NCBI GenBank assembly: GCA_964586175.1
Contig: CAZPGL010000002.1
Coordinates: forward strand, 36,082 to 100,081
Length of the DNA stretch: 64,000 nucleotides
From: an uncultured Microthrixaceae bacterium
GTDB taxonomy: Bacteria; Actinomycetota; Acidimicrobiia; Acidimicrobiales; MedAcidi-G1
Direction of reading: 5' to 3'
Part shown: piece after piece, positions 9,173 through 17,795 of the stretch
Numbering within the stretch: position 1 is the first letter of the stretch
Layout: the number at the start of each line of letters is the position of its first letter
The notes under the pieces: model-generated
Seen by the model: only the letters and a program-made list of their open reading frames with translations
Database searches by the model: none
What the model was told of the DNA's origin: nothing
Position numbers and translations under genes: made by a program

Positions 9173-10147
9173 CTATGGAATCTGACGGTCAGTCAGGTCA
9201 TCGGCGACGGCCAGCGTCCCGACCACGCGGCCGGCATGGTTCACCAGGTCCTCCCGACCGTCACCGTCGACGGCCTCCAGGCGGCCCAGCAGCCATCCCA
9301 TGGCCACCGCCGACGCCCGGGCCGCGCCGTCGCGGACCTTGACGGCCAGCCCCAGACCCCGGCCGGGCATCACGCCGCAGAACACCCCTTCGGCCCCGGT
9401 CTTGACCACGGCCCGACCAGCGGCCGCGGTGATGAGCCTCGTGCAGGCCCGCACCGTCCCGGCCACGTGGAACGGTTCCGCCACCATGGCGTCGAGGAGC
9501 CGGCGGCCGGCCGGTCGGGCCGCCAGACCGACCCACCCCGCACCCAGCCCGCGGAGTGGCATCGTCCACACGGGGATCCCACAGCCGTCGATGCCGGGGA
9601 CCTGCCCGTCGGGGTCGAACCCGCACAGTTCGGCCAGGGCCGGGGTGAGGTGGTCGCGGTGCAACGCATGCCCGGGCTCGAGGTACCCCACCGGGTCGAG
9701 GCCGCTATGGGCCATGAGGGTCAGGAACCCGGCGTGCTTGCCGGAACAGTTGTTGTGGACGGCCGTGGGCTCATGGCCGCCACGCGCCAGAGCGGCCGCG
9801 GCGGCGGCATTGCCCGGTGGATGGGCGCCACATCGGAGGTCTCGGTGATCGAAGCCCAGGCGGGCCAGCCACGCCTCGACGGCTGCCACGTGGGCCGGTT
9901 CCGCATCGTGGCTCGAGCATGCCAGGGCCAGCTCGGCGTCGCTCAGGCTCCAGGCGTCGGCCGCTCCGGACTCGACGAGGGGGACGGCCTGCAGCGGCTT
10001 GATCGCCGAGCGGGGCAGCACCGGGCGATCGGGATCACCCCAGGACGCCACCACCCCACCGGCGTCGACGACCACGGCGTCGACCTCGTGCCTGCTCTCG
10101 ACCCGGTCGCCCCGGGTCGCCTCGACGATGAGTGGTCCGGGGCTCAC
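9173..10147 (-). CDS. asparaginase family protein (Rhizobium-type L-asparaginase II, PF06089-like)
   Basis: 324 aa. ESRHEVDAVVVD, PRSAIKPLQA, HNNCSGKHAGFL, DGCGIP, KTGAEGV. Confidence 0.8.
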   Translation of the reverse strand: MSPGPLIVEATRGDRVESRHEVDAVVVDAGGVVASWGDPDRPVLPRSAIKPLQAVPLVESGAADAWSLSDAELALACSSHDAEPAHVAAVEAWLARLGFDHRDLRCGAHPPGNAAAAAALARGGHEPTAVHNNCSGKHAGFLTLMAHSGLDPVGYLEPGHALHRDHLTPALAELCGFDPDGQVPGIDGCGIPVWTMPLRGLGAGWVGLAARPAGRRLLDAMVAEPFHVAGTVRACTRLITAAAGRAVVKTGAEGVFCGVMPGRGLGLAVKVRDGAARASAVAMGWLLGRLEAVDGDGREDLVNHAGRVVGTLAVADDLTDRQIP

Positions 10148-10377
10148 CCCACGGACTGTAGGGCGTGCAACTCCTGGATCTCGTCGTTGATCTCACCGAC
10201 CGTCACGCTGGCCGTGGTGGTGAACCAGGCCGGCACCACGGCGTGGATCATCGCTGCCACGGCGGCACCGAAGAGCCGGAGGCTGGTACGCAGCGCCCGC
10301 CGGCAGTGTTCGCCGTAGGTCTCACCAACGGCCGTCGGATGGCCGAGGAAGTGGTCACGGAAGGTCTGTCGCAGCAT
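10144..10377 (-). CDS. small hypothetical membrane protein (77 aa)
   Basis: Its stop overlaps the asparaginase start by 4 nt. One hydrophobic segment: LFGAAVAAMIHAVVPAWF. Confidence 0.5.
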   Translation of the reverse strand: MLRQTFRDHFLGHPTAVGETYGEHCRRALRTSLRLFGAAVAAMIHAVVPAWFTTTASVTVGEINDEIQELHALQSVG

Positions 10378-10400
10378 GCGGTCACCGTACGGGGGCCGGG

Positions 10401-10446
10401 ATGCACTGGATCATGCATTCGTGCATGCTTCTGGAACTTTTATGCA
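10401..10446. promoter_or_regulatory. cluster of ATGCA/GCATGC boxes in a low-GC divergent region (candidate Lrp/AsnC operator)
   Basis: ATGCA at 10401, 10413 and 10442, and TGCATGC at 10422..10428. The boxes lie between the asparaginase operon (minus) and the Lrp/AsnC gene (plus). Confidence 0.35.
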
Positions 10447-10490
10447 CGACTGTTCCTCTATATTCCGATGTTGTGCGATATTCTTTGACT

Positions 10491-10949
10491 ATGGATCAGA
10501 TCGACCGGGAAATCCTCCATCTCCTCCAGGACGACGGCACCCTCACCGCGGCCGAGATCGGCGGGACCGTGGGGCTGGCGGCCACCACGGCGTGGCGGCG
10601 GGTCCACAAGCTCCAGGAGCGCGGGGTGATCGACCGGCGGGTGGCCCTGCTGGACCCGACCGCCCTCAACCTCGGCGTGACGGCCCTCGTCGAGATCCGG
10701 ACCGGCGACCATTCTGCGGCCTGGCTGGACCGCTTCACCAGCGGCATCGCCGAGTTCCCCGAGATCGTCGCCGCCTGGCGGACCAGCGGCGAGATCGACT
10801 ACATGCTCCGGGTCGTCGTGCCCGACATCCGCGCTTACGACGACTTCTACAAGCGGCTCATCCAACGGGTCGCGGTGACCGACGTGCGCAGCATCTTCGT
10901 GATGGAAGAACTCAAGGCCACCACGGCCCTCCCCCTCGACTACGCCTGA
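10491..10949 (+). CDS. Lrp/AsnC-family transcriptional regulator
   Basis: ORF 10401..10949 trimmed to the ATG at 10491. MDQIDREILHLLQDDGTLTAAEIGGTVGLAATTAWRRVHKLQERGVI, followed by a RAM domain (…EIDYMLRVVVPDIRAYDDFY…). Confidence 0.9.
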   Translation: MDQIDREILHLLQDDGTLTAAEIGGTVGLAATTAWRRVHKLQERGVIDRRVALLDPTALNLGVTALVEIRTGDHSAAWLDRFTSGIAEFPEIVAAWRTSGEIDYMLRVVVPDIRAYDDFYKRLIQRVAVTDVRSIFVMEELKATTALPLDYA

Positions 10950-10975
10950 CTACCAGCGGGTGACCGGCGGGGTGC

Positions 10976-11458
10976 TCAGCGGGCCGTGACATCGGCCAAC
11001 CGGCCGACGGTGGACACGATCAGAAGGTCGGGCCGGATCGGGAACACGGCGTGCGGAGCCCCGGCTGCAGCCCAGACCTCGTCGAGGCCGGCCAGATGTG
11101 GATCGACGAAGGTCAGCAACTGCTCGGGATGCCCAAAGGGCGCCACCCCGCCGATGACCTGACCGGTGGCGGCCCGGGTCTCGTCCGGCGTGGCCATCCG
11201 CACGTCATCAACGGCCACACCCAACTCGTCGGCCACCCGGCCCAGGTCCAATCGGTTGATTCCCGAACACAGCACCAGCACTCGGCGATCCCCGACCGCC
11301 AATACCAGAGACTTCACGATCTGTTCGAGGCGGCAGCCGAGCGCGGCCGCCGCGTCCACCGCGGTCCGGGTGCCTTCCGGAAACCATCGGGCCTCGAGTA
11401 CGACACCGAGCGGATCCAGCCCCACCCAGAAGCGGCCTTCCGGGTCAGCGCCGGCCAC
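10976..11458 (-). CDS. YbaK/EbsC/ProX-type aminoacyl-tRNA deacylase domain protein
   Basis: 160 aa. IVKSLVL...VLVLCSGINRLDL...ATPDETRAATGQVIGGVAPFGHP. Confidence 0.75.
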   Translation of the reverse strand: MAGADPEGRFWVGLDPLGVVLEARWFPEGTRTAVDAAAALGCRLEQIVKSLVLAVGDRRVLVLCSGINRLDLGRVADELGVAVDDVRMATPDETRAATGQVIGGVAPFGHPEQLLTFVDPHLAGLDEVWAAAGAPHAVFPIRPDLLIVSTVGRLADVTAR

Positions 11459-11541
11459 AGCCCCGCCGGGTCACCACGTTGTCGCATCCATCGCCTGCAC
11501 GGTAGACGGTCGACGCCCTGTCGGCCGATACCGTCCCGACG

Positions 11542-12396
11542 ATGTTCGTGCTTCTGGCTGCACTCTCAGCCGTCGCCTACGGCGTCAGCGACCTCACCGG
11601 CGGTTTGGCCGTACAGCGCTCGGCGCGACCCGGGGCCTCCCTCACCTTCTCGTCGGTCGTCACCGCCGTCGGCGCCGTCTACACCGGTGTGTGGTTACTG
11701 GCCGTTCCGCCTGAGGCCGTCACCCGGACCGACCTCGGGTGGTCGCTGCTGGCCGGGCTCATCATGGCCGTCGCCCGTCCGGTCCTCTTCCAGGGCATGG
11801 CGGTCGGCCCCATCGCAGTGTTCGCTCCGGTGTACGGCCTGACCGGTATCACCCTGCCTGCATTGGCCGGACCGTTCATCGATCAGCACCTCGGCAACTG
11901 GGAGATGTTCGGGGTGCTGATGGCTGTTCCCGCGGTCGTATTGTTGTCGAGTCAGCGCCAACCAGCCCGGCCCGGCCTGATGATGCACGGCCCGGTGCTC
12001 GCCCGGGCGGTGTTCGTCGGCGCCTGCATCGGCGGCTCCGGGGTCTGCTTCTCGTTCGTTGACGAAGCCGCAGGGGTCTTCCCCGTGTTCACGACCATGA
12101 TCATCGGTTCGCTGGTCGTGACCACCGCCGCCGGTGTCACCGGTGTCGGACGTCCCACGCTTCGTCTCGCCGCGTCCGGCGCGCTCGTCGCCATCTCCCT
12201 GACCCTGGCCTTCGCCCTGGTCACCGCGGCGTACCAGCGGGGTTCAGCAGCTGTGGTGACCGCCGTGGTGTGCCTGGGCCCGGGGGTGTCGATGGTTCTG
12301 GCGTGGCGTTTCCTCGGCGAGCGGATCAGCCGGCTCCAGATGGTCGGCGGTGTTTTCGCCGTGTCGGCCGTGGCGGCCTTCGCTCTGGGTATCTGA
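11542..12396 (+). CDS. EamA/DMT-family membrane transporter
   Basis: 284 aa with about 10 hydrophobic segments. Typical EamA end: FLGERISRLQMVGGVFAVSAV. Confidence 0.8.
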   Translation: MFVLLAALSAVAYGVSDLTGGLAVQRSARPGASLTFSSVVTAVGAVYTGVWLLAVPPEAVTRTDLGWSLLAGLIMAVARPVLFQGMAVGPIAVFAPVYGLTGITLPALAGPFIDQHLGNWEMFGVLMAVPAVVLLSSQRQPARPGLMMHGPVLARAVFVGACIGGSGVCFSFVDEAAGVFPVFTTMIIGSLVVTTAAGVTGVGRPTLRLAASGALVAISLTLAFALVTAAYQRGSAAVVTAVVCLGPGVSMVLAWRFLGERISRLQMVGGVFAVSAVAAFALGI

Positions 12397-12428
12397 GCGT
12401 CACCGTCACCGGCGACTACGGTCGCCCC

Positions 12429-12779
12429 ATGACCACGACTGAACGCCTGCTGCTGTACCACAACCCCGGTTGAGGCAAGTCCCGAGGCGCCCTCGGCCTG
12501 CTCGAGGAGCGCGGCGTCGAGTTCGACGTCATCCAGTACCTGCAACAGCCCCTCACCCGCTCGGTCGTCGAGGGCTTCCTCGACATGCTCGACGGGCCAC
12601 CCGCCGACCTGGTCCGGGCCGACCCGGCCAAGGGCATCGACCCGACGGGCCTGGACGCGGCCGGCGTCGTCGACCTGCTGCTCGCCCACCCGCAGGCCAT
12701 GCAGCGGCCGGTGGCCGTGCACGGCGGCCGGGCCGTCATCGCCCGACCATCGGAGCTGGTCCTCGACCTGCTGGACTGA
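12429..12779 (+). CDS. ArsC-family reductase with in-frame UGA at the catalytic Cys position (candidate selenoprotein, 116 aa)
   Basis: Track ORF 12270..12473 ends ...MTTTERLLLYHNPG at the TGA 12471..12473. ORF 12585..12779 is in the same frame. Joined reading: MTTTERLLLYHNPG-U-GKSRGALGLLEERGVEFDVIQYLQQPL...LVRAD...AMQRPVAV...VIARPSELVLDLLD. Confidence 0.7.
12482..12496 (+). other. GC hairpin 8 nt downstream of the UGA (possible SECIS core)
   Basis: CCGAGG-CGC-CCUCGG. An alternative pairing is CCUCG(12491..12495)/CGAGG(12503..12507) with a 7-nt loop. No clear GU-containing apical loop. Confidence 0.3.
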
Positions 12780-12784
12780 CCGCC

Positions 12785-13333
12785 ATGTCCGGCGACCCGA
12801 CCCCGCCCCCGGCCCCCGAGGGTCCTCCTGACGCCGAGGAGCCGGTCGAGGTCGTCGATACCGGGCGACCCGCCCGATCGAATCCCCGGTTCTCGATCAT
12901 CCACGAGGCCGACGTTCCGTGGACCGAGGTGCGGGCCCAGCAGCACGGCGACCGGCGGGTATCGGTCCACGAGAAGTTCCTGGAGTGGTCCACCGACCGC
13001 ATGGTGGTGCTCGGCCACTACGACCCGGGCATGATCGTCGAACGCCACGGCCACCGCTCCGACCACCTGGTGTACGTCATGGAGGGCGCGGTCGACGTCG
13101 GCGGCCGCCACTGTCCGGCCGGCACCCTGATCGTGCTCGAGGAGGGAGCGGCGTTCGGCCCGCTCATCGCCGACGCCGACGAGGGATGCCTCATGTTCGA
13201 GACCTGGCTGGACGACCCGTTGCCGGTCCGGGCCGACGAGGCCGGCTTCCACGCCCTGCTGGACGAGCACGGGGCCGTCGAGCTGCCCAACCCGCCGTTC
13301 GAGCCGCCCCCCCACCTGTCCGGCCCCACCTGA
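12785..13333 (+). CDS. cupin-domain protein
   Basis: ORF 12470..13333 trimmed to the ATG at 12785. Cupin motifs: GMIVERHGHRSDHLVYVMEGAVDVGG...PAGTLIVLEEG. Confidence 0.65.
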   Translation: MSGDPTPPPAPEGPPDAEEPVEVVDTGRPARSNPRFSIIHEADVPWTEVRAQQHGDRRVSVHEKFLEWSTDRMVVLGHYDPGMIVERHGHRSDHLVYVMEGAVDVGGRHCPAGTLIVLEEGAAFGPLIADADEGCLMFETWLDDPLPVRADEAGFHALLDEHGAVELPNPPFEPPPHLSGPT

Positions 13334-13337
13334 GCCG

Positions 13338-14825
13338 ATGCTCGCCCGAACCGTCACCGAGGCGGCCCGCGCCCACGGCGACCGCACGGCCCTGGTCACC
13401 AGCGCCGGGTTGTCGGTGACCTACCGGCAGCTCGGCGTGGCGGTCGGCGAGGTGGCCGGCGGCCTGGCTGAACGGGGTGTCGGCGACGGTTCCACCGTGC
13501 TGCTGTCGCTGCCCTCGGGGTCCGACTACGTGGCCGTCTACGCGGCGGCCGACCACCTCGGCGCGGCAACCGCCGGCGTCAACCCTCGCCTCACCGCCCG
13601 CGAGCGGGCCGGCATCGCGGCGGCCGTCGCCCCTGACCTGGTCGTCACTACGGCGACGCTGGCCGCAGGACTGCCGCCGGAGGTGCCGACCGTGGAGTTC
13701 GACCCAGCGGCCGACGGCGGCCGGGTGGCCGCCGGACTGCGGTCCGCGGGGCCCGTCCCGCCCGCCGCGCCGCCCGACCCGGAGCGCCCGGTGTGCATCT
13801 GCTTCACCTCCGGATCGACCGGCGACCCGAAGGGCGCCTGGTTCGCCGAACGGCAGCTGGCGGCCGTCGCCCGGTTCGACACCGACGGCGCCTGGGGAGG
13901 GGTCGGCCACACCATCGCCGCCACGGCCATGGCCCACGTCGGGTTCATGACCAAGCTCCCCTGGCAGCTGGCGGCCGGGGTGACCATCCACGTACTCGAC
14001 CGGTGGAACGCCGCCGAGGTGCTGGACCTGGTGGTGCGCCACCGGATGCCCGCGGTCACCGGCGTGGCGGCCCAGATCGCCCTCATGCTGGCCCACCCCG
14101 GGTTCGACGACCTGGACCTCTCGGCCGTCCAAGCCATCGTGGTCGGCGGCGGCCCGTCACCCCCGGCCATGGTCGACGAGGCTCGGCGGCGCTTCGGTGC
14201 GCCCTATTCGATCCGTTACTCGTCCACCGAATCGGGAGGCGTCGGCCTGGGCACGGCGCTCGACGCCGACGACGAGGAGGCCCTGCACACCATCGGTCGG
14301 CCCCGTCCAGGGGTGGAGGCCGAGGTCCGCGGCGACGACGGCGAGCTGCTGATCGACGGCGGGGTCGGCGAGCTGTGGCTGCGTACCCCGACGGCCATGT
14401 CCGGGTACTGGCTCGACCCCGAGGGCTCGGCGGCGACCCTGGTCGATGGGTGGCTGCGCACCGGCGACCTGGCCCAGATCGACGAGCGGGGGTGCTTCCG
14501 GCTGGCCGGTCGGGTCAAGGAGATGTACATCCGCGGCGGATACAACGTCTACCCCCAGGAGGTCGAGGCCGTCATCGGCACCCATCCGGCGGTGGCCCAG
14601 GTGGCCGTCGTGCCCCGGTCGGACCCGGTGATGGGTGAGGTCGGGGTGGCCGTCGTCGTGCCCGTCGACCCCCGGAACCCCCCGGACCTCGACGACCTGC
14701 GCCGCCATGGGCGGGGTGGCCTGTCGGGTTACAAGCTGCCCGAGGCGGTCCGGATCGTCGACGCCCTGCCCCTCAACAGCGGCGACAAGCTGGACCGGCG
14801 GCGCCTGACCGACGAGTCGGCCTGA
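13338..14825 (+). CDS. AMP-dependent acyl-CoA synthetase/ligase (FadD-like)
   Basis: 495 aa. ICFTSGSTGDPKGA (AMP-binding motif), YSSTESGG, TGDLAQIDERGCFRLAGRVKEMYIRGGYNVYPQEVE, SGYKLP. Confidence 0.9.
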   Translation: MLARTVTEAARAHGDRTALVTSAGLSVTYRQLGVAVGEVAGGLAERGVGDGSTVLLSLPSGSDYVAVYAAADHLGAATAGVNPRLTARERAGIAAAVAPDLVVTTATLAAGLPPEVPTVEFDPAADGGRVAAGLRSAGPVPPAAPPDPERPVCICFTSGSTGDPKGAWFAERQLAAVARFDTDGAWGGVGHTIAATAMAHVGFMTKLPWQLAAGVTIHVLDRWNAAEVLDLVVRHRMPAVTGVAAQIALMLAHPGFDDLDLSAVQAIVVGGGPSPPAMVDEARRRFGAPYSIRYSSTESGGVGLGTALDADDEEALHTIGRPRPGVEAEVRGDDGELLIDGGVGELWLRTPTAMSGYWLDPEGSAATLVDGWLRTGDLAQIDERGCFRLAGRVKEMYIRGGYNVYPQEVEAVIGTHPAVAQVAVVPRSDPVMGEVGVAVVVPVDPRNPPDLDDLRRHGRGGLSGYKLPEAVRIVDALPLNSGDKLDRRRLTDESA

Positions 14826-14838
14826 CCGGCCGGCCCGC

Positions 14839-15840
14839 TCAGCGCCGGCGCCCGCCCCGGGCCCGGCGCTCCCGTTCGACCTCCCGGGCCCGCTGCTGGT
14901 CCAACTCGGTGCGTAGCGCCCGGTAGCGGGCGACGCGGCGGGCGTCGACCTCGCCGGCGGTGACGGCTCCGACCACCGCACAGTCGGGTTCGGCACCGTG
15001 GGCGCAGTCGGCGAACCGGCATGACGCCGCCCGTTCCTCGAGGTCGCCGAACACCCGGTCGAGGGCTTCCTCGGCGTCCCAGATCCCCACGGCCCGGATG
15101 CCCGGCGTGTCGATCAACAGGGCTCCGTCGGCGGCCCGAACCAGCTCACGGTGCACCGTCGTGTGCCGACCCTTGTTATCGCCGGCCCGGACCTCTCCGG
15201 TGGCCAGGAGATCCTCACCCAGCAGGGCGTTGATCAGCGTCGACTTGCCGGCCCCCGACTCGCCGAGGAGTGCGACGGTGCGCCCGGCCCCCATCCACGG
15301 AGCCAGGGCCTCCAGGCCTTCGGGTTCCGTTCCGCCGAGCCCGACGGCGAACACCGGAACATCGTCGGCCACGGCACGCACCGTCGCCATCACCTCGCCC
15401 GCATCGGCGACCCGATCGGCCTTGGTCAGCACCACCGCGACGTCGGCACCGCTGTCCCGGCCGACGATCAGGAACCGCTCGAGCCGGCCCGGCGGGAGGG
15501 GCCGGTCGAGACCGTGGACGATCAGCACCGTGTCGACGTTGGCCACCAGCACCTGCTCGACGACCGCCTCGGACGGGTCGCGCCGGGACACCGTGTTGGA
15601 CCGGGGCAGCACCCGGGTGATGAGCGGCCCGAGGTCCGGGTCGTCGGCGACGGCGACGAAGTCCCCGGTCGCCGGGGCCACCTCGCCCTGGGCCCGCTGG
15701 GAGTCGGAGAGGACCCGGACCCGCCCGGCGCTGGTGACGACATCGCACTCGCCGCGGTCGACCCGCACGATGCGTCCAGGTACGCCCTCGTCGGGGAGGG
15801 GGCGGTCCCCCCAGCCGTAGTCGTCGAGGTCGTCGGTCAT
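14839..15840 (-). CDS. rsgA: ribosome small-subunit-dependent GTPase A
   Basis: 333 aa. VLTKADRV, GESGAGKSTLINALLG, GRHTTVHRELV, IDTPGIRAVG, and the zinc motif CRFADCAHGAEPDCAV. Confidence 0.95.
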   Translation of the reverse strand: MTDDLDDYGWGDRPLPDEGVPGRIVRVDRGECDVVTSAGRVRVLSDSQRAQGEVAPATGDFVAVADDPDLGPLITRVLPRSNTVSRRDPSEAVVEQVLVANVDTVLIVHGLDRPLPPGRLERFLIVGRDSGADVAVVLTKADRVADAGEVMATVRAVADDVPVFAVGLGGTEPEGLEALAPWMGAGRTVALLGESGAGKSTLINALLGEDLLATGEVRAGDNKGRHTTVHRELVRAADGALLIDTPGIRAVGIWDAEEALDRVFGDLEERAASCRFADCAHGAEPDCAVVGAVTAGEVDARRVARYRALRTELDQQRAREVERERRARGGRRR

Positions 15841-15882
15841 ACCCCCCCGATGGTAGGCGGCGACCCGGCCGGCCCCGGCCGA

Positions 15883-17073
15883 TCAGCCCAGACGGAGAGC
15901 CTCCAGCGGTTCCAGGCGGGCCGCCTTGGAGGACGGGTAGAGCCCGGCCACCACGGCCACAGCCACCGACACCGCGGCCCAGCCGATGAGCCCGGAGACC
16001 GACAGCACCATGGTGAAGCCCCGGTTGGCCGCCACGGCCCACACCACCCCAGCGCCGACGCCGGCGCCCACGATGCCACCGAGAACGCCGACGATCAGCG
16101 CCTCGAACAGGAACTGGATGGCAATTGTGCCCCGTCGATGACCGAGCGCCCGTCGGATGCCGATCTCCGAGGAGCGCTGGATGACCGAGATGGACATGAC
16201 GTTGGCGATGCCGACACCGCCGACGATCAGAGCCAGACCGCCCATCATCTTGGTCAGGTTGTTGAGGTTCTCGTCGACCTGGGACTGGGCGTCGAGCAGG
16301 TCGGTGGGGACGCTGGCCGTCGCCCCGTCCGGCCCGCCGAGGCTCACCACGGTCGGGATCTCCTCGGCCACCAGCCGGGTGTTGGTCGGCGCCCGGACGT
16401 ACAGCCGGGTCGGGTCGGGTTCCTCGACGTCCCAGTCCTCCATGGCGTTGGCCATCGTGAGGAACACCGCCGAGTCCATCGAGGGCTCCAGCAGGACGTA
16501 GTCGAGCACCCCGACCACGCCGTACTCGAGGCCGTCCAGCTCGATGGTCCGGACCTCCCCGGGGAGGTAGCCGTACTCGTCAGCCAGGTCCCGGCCGATG
16601 ACCGCGGCCCGGGCTGCAGTGGCCACGTCGAATTCGTTGAGGAAGCGTCCGCTCACCATCGGCACTTCGAGCGTCGCCGGCAGGTCGAGGTCACTGACGA
16701 TGACCGGCACCGGGAAGGCCCGGTAGTGGTCGGCGGCCTCCGGGAACGGCAGGGTCACGATGTTGGACAGCTGGAGGGTGCCCGATACCGACGTCACATC
16801 GGGCAGCCGGGCCACCCGGTCGGCCGCCGTGGCCGGGATGACCGGTTCGCTGCTGAAGCCGCCGAGCGCCGACTGGGCATTGACCACGATCAGGTCGGTG
16901 CCCAGGTCCCGAAGCTTGGCCTTGAGGTCGCCCTTGGAGCTCTCGTTGATACCGATGGCGGCGACGATGGCCGCCACGCCGAGCACCGGGCCCAACATGA
17001 TGAGCAGGGTGCGGACCTTGCGGGCCGTGAGACCGGCCACGGCCACCCGGAGCAGTTCACCGAACCGGCTCAC
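15883..17073 (-). CDS. ABC transporter permease, FtsX/MacB type
   Basis: 396 aa. N-terminal TM helix, large extracytoplasmic domain, and a C-terminal FtsX 3-TM bundle (IQRSSEIGIRRALGHRRGTIAIQFLFEAL...). Confidence 0.9.
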   Translation of the reverse strand: MSRFGELLRVAVAGLTARKVRTLLIMLGPVLGVAAIVAAIGINESSKGDLKAKLRDLGTDLIVVNAQSALGGFSSEPVIPATAADRVARLPDVTSVSGTLQLSNIVTLPFPEAADHYRAFPVPVIVSDLDLPATLEVPMVSGRFLNEFDVATAARAAVIGRDLADEYGYLPGEVRTIELDGLEYGVVGVLDYVLLEPSMDSAVFLTMANAMEDWDVEEPDPTRLYVRAPTNTRLVAEEIPTVVSLGGPDGATASVPTDLLDAQSQVDENLNNLTKMMGGLALIVGGVGIANVMSISVIQRSSEIGIRRALGHRRGTIAIQFLFEALIVGVLGGIVGAGVGAGVVWAVAANRGFTMVLSVSGLIGWAAVSVAVAVVAGLYPSSKAARLEPLEALRLG

Positions 17074-17774
17074 GGCGTGCTCCCGACGCCGGCCTGGCGC
17101 TCGTCGCCGACGATGCGGCCATCCAACATGGTGATGCGCCGATCCGTACGGGACGCCACGTCCAGGTCGTGGGTCACGATGCAGATGGCCCGATCCGAGG
17201 ACCGCAGATCGGCGAACACCTCGAGCACGTTGGCCGCGTTGGCCGTGTCGAGCGCCCCGGTGGGCTCATCGGCCAGGACCAGCAGCGGTTCGGTGACCAC
17301 GGCCCGGGCGATGGCCACCCGCTGTTGCTCGCCGCCGGACATCTGGATGGGCAGGTGGTCCTCCCGGTCGACGAGACCGACACGATCGAGGGCGGCCATG
17401 GCCCGCCGCCGCCGCTCCCGGCGGGTCAACCCGCGGTAGAGCAGGGCCGTCTCGACGTTGCCCCGGGCCGTCAGGTACGGGATCAGGTGGAACTGCTGGA
17501 AGACGAAGCCCACGACGTCGCCGCGCAACTGGGAGCGGGAGCCGTCCGGCAGCACCGTGATGTCCCGGCCGTCGATGCGGATCACCCCGGAGCTGACCTG
17601 GTCGAGCACCCCCAGCAGCCCGAGCATGGTGGACTTGCCGGAACCGGACGGCCCGACGATCGACAGGTAGTCACCGGCGGCGATGTCGAGGTCGACGTCG
17701 CGCAGGGCGTGCACCGGTGAGATCTCCCCGTACACCCGGGACACCCCCTCGAGGGTGATCAGCGACCGGCCCAT
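17070..17774 (-). CDS. ABC transporter ATP-binding protein (MacB/LolD-like)
   Basis: 234 aa. GPSGSGKST (Walker A), MSGGEQQRVAIARA (signature), LVLADEPTGALD (Walker B). 4-nt overlap with the permease gene. Confidence 0.95.
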   Translation of the reverse strand: MGRSLITLEGVSRVYGEISPVHALRDVDLDIAAGDYLSIVGPSGSGKSTMLGLLGVLDQVSSGVIRIDGRDITVLPDGSRSQLRGDVVGFVFQQFHLIPYLTARGNVETALLYRGLTRRERRRRAMAALDRVGLVDREDHLPIQMSGGEQQRVAIARAVVTEPLLVLADEPTGALDTANAANVLEVFADLRSSDRAICIVTHDLDVASRTDRRITMLDGRIVGDERQAGVGSTP

Positions 17775-17795
17775 CGGACGTCGAACGCCGCCGGC

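Noticed and set aside
15861-15881. A GC hairpin after the FtsX permease gene as an intrinsic terminator.
   Set aside because: It has only about a 5-bp effective stem (GGCCG/CGGCC) with a tiny loop and no U-tract. That is too weak to call in a GC-rich background.
15151-17439. Very long ORFs antisense to well-supported genes. Examples: 15151..17439 (+, 762 aa), 42057..44387 (-, 776 aa), 34811..36610 (-, 599 aa), 54773..56524 (-, 583 aa), 18813..20075 (+, 420 aa), 2621..4276 (+, 551 aa).
   Set aside because: They are Arg/Gly/Pro/His-rich, show no recognisable motifs, and each lies opposite a gene with clear family signatures. They are typical stop-codon-poor shadow frames of roughly 70% GC DNA.
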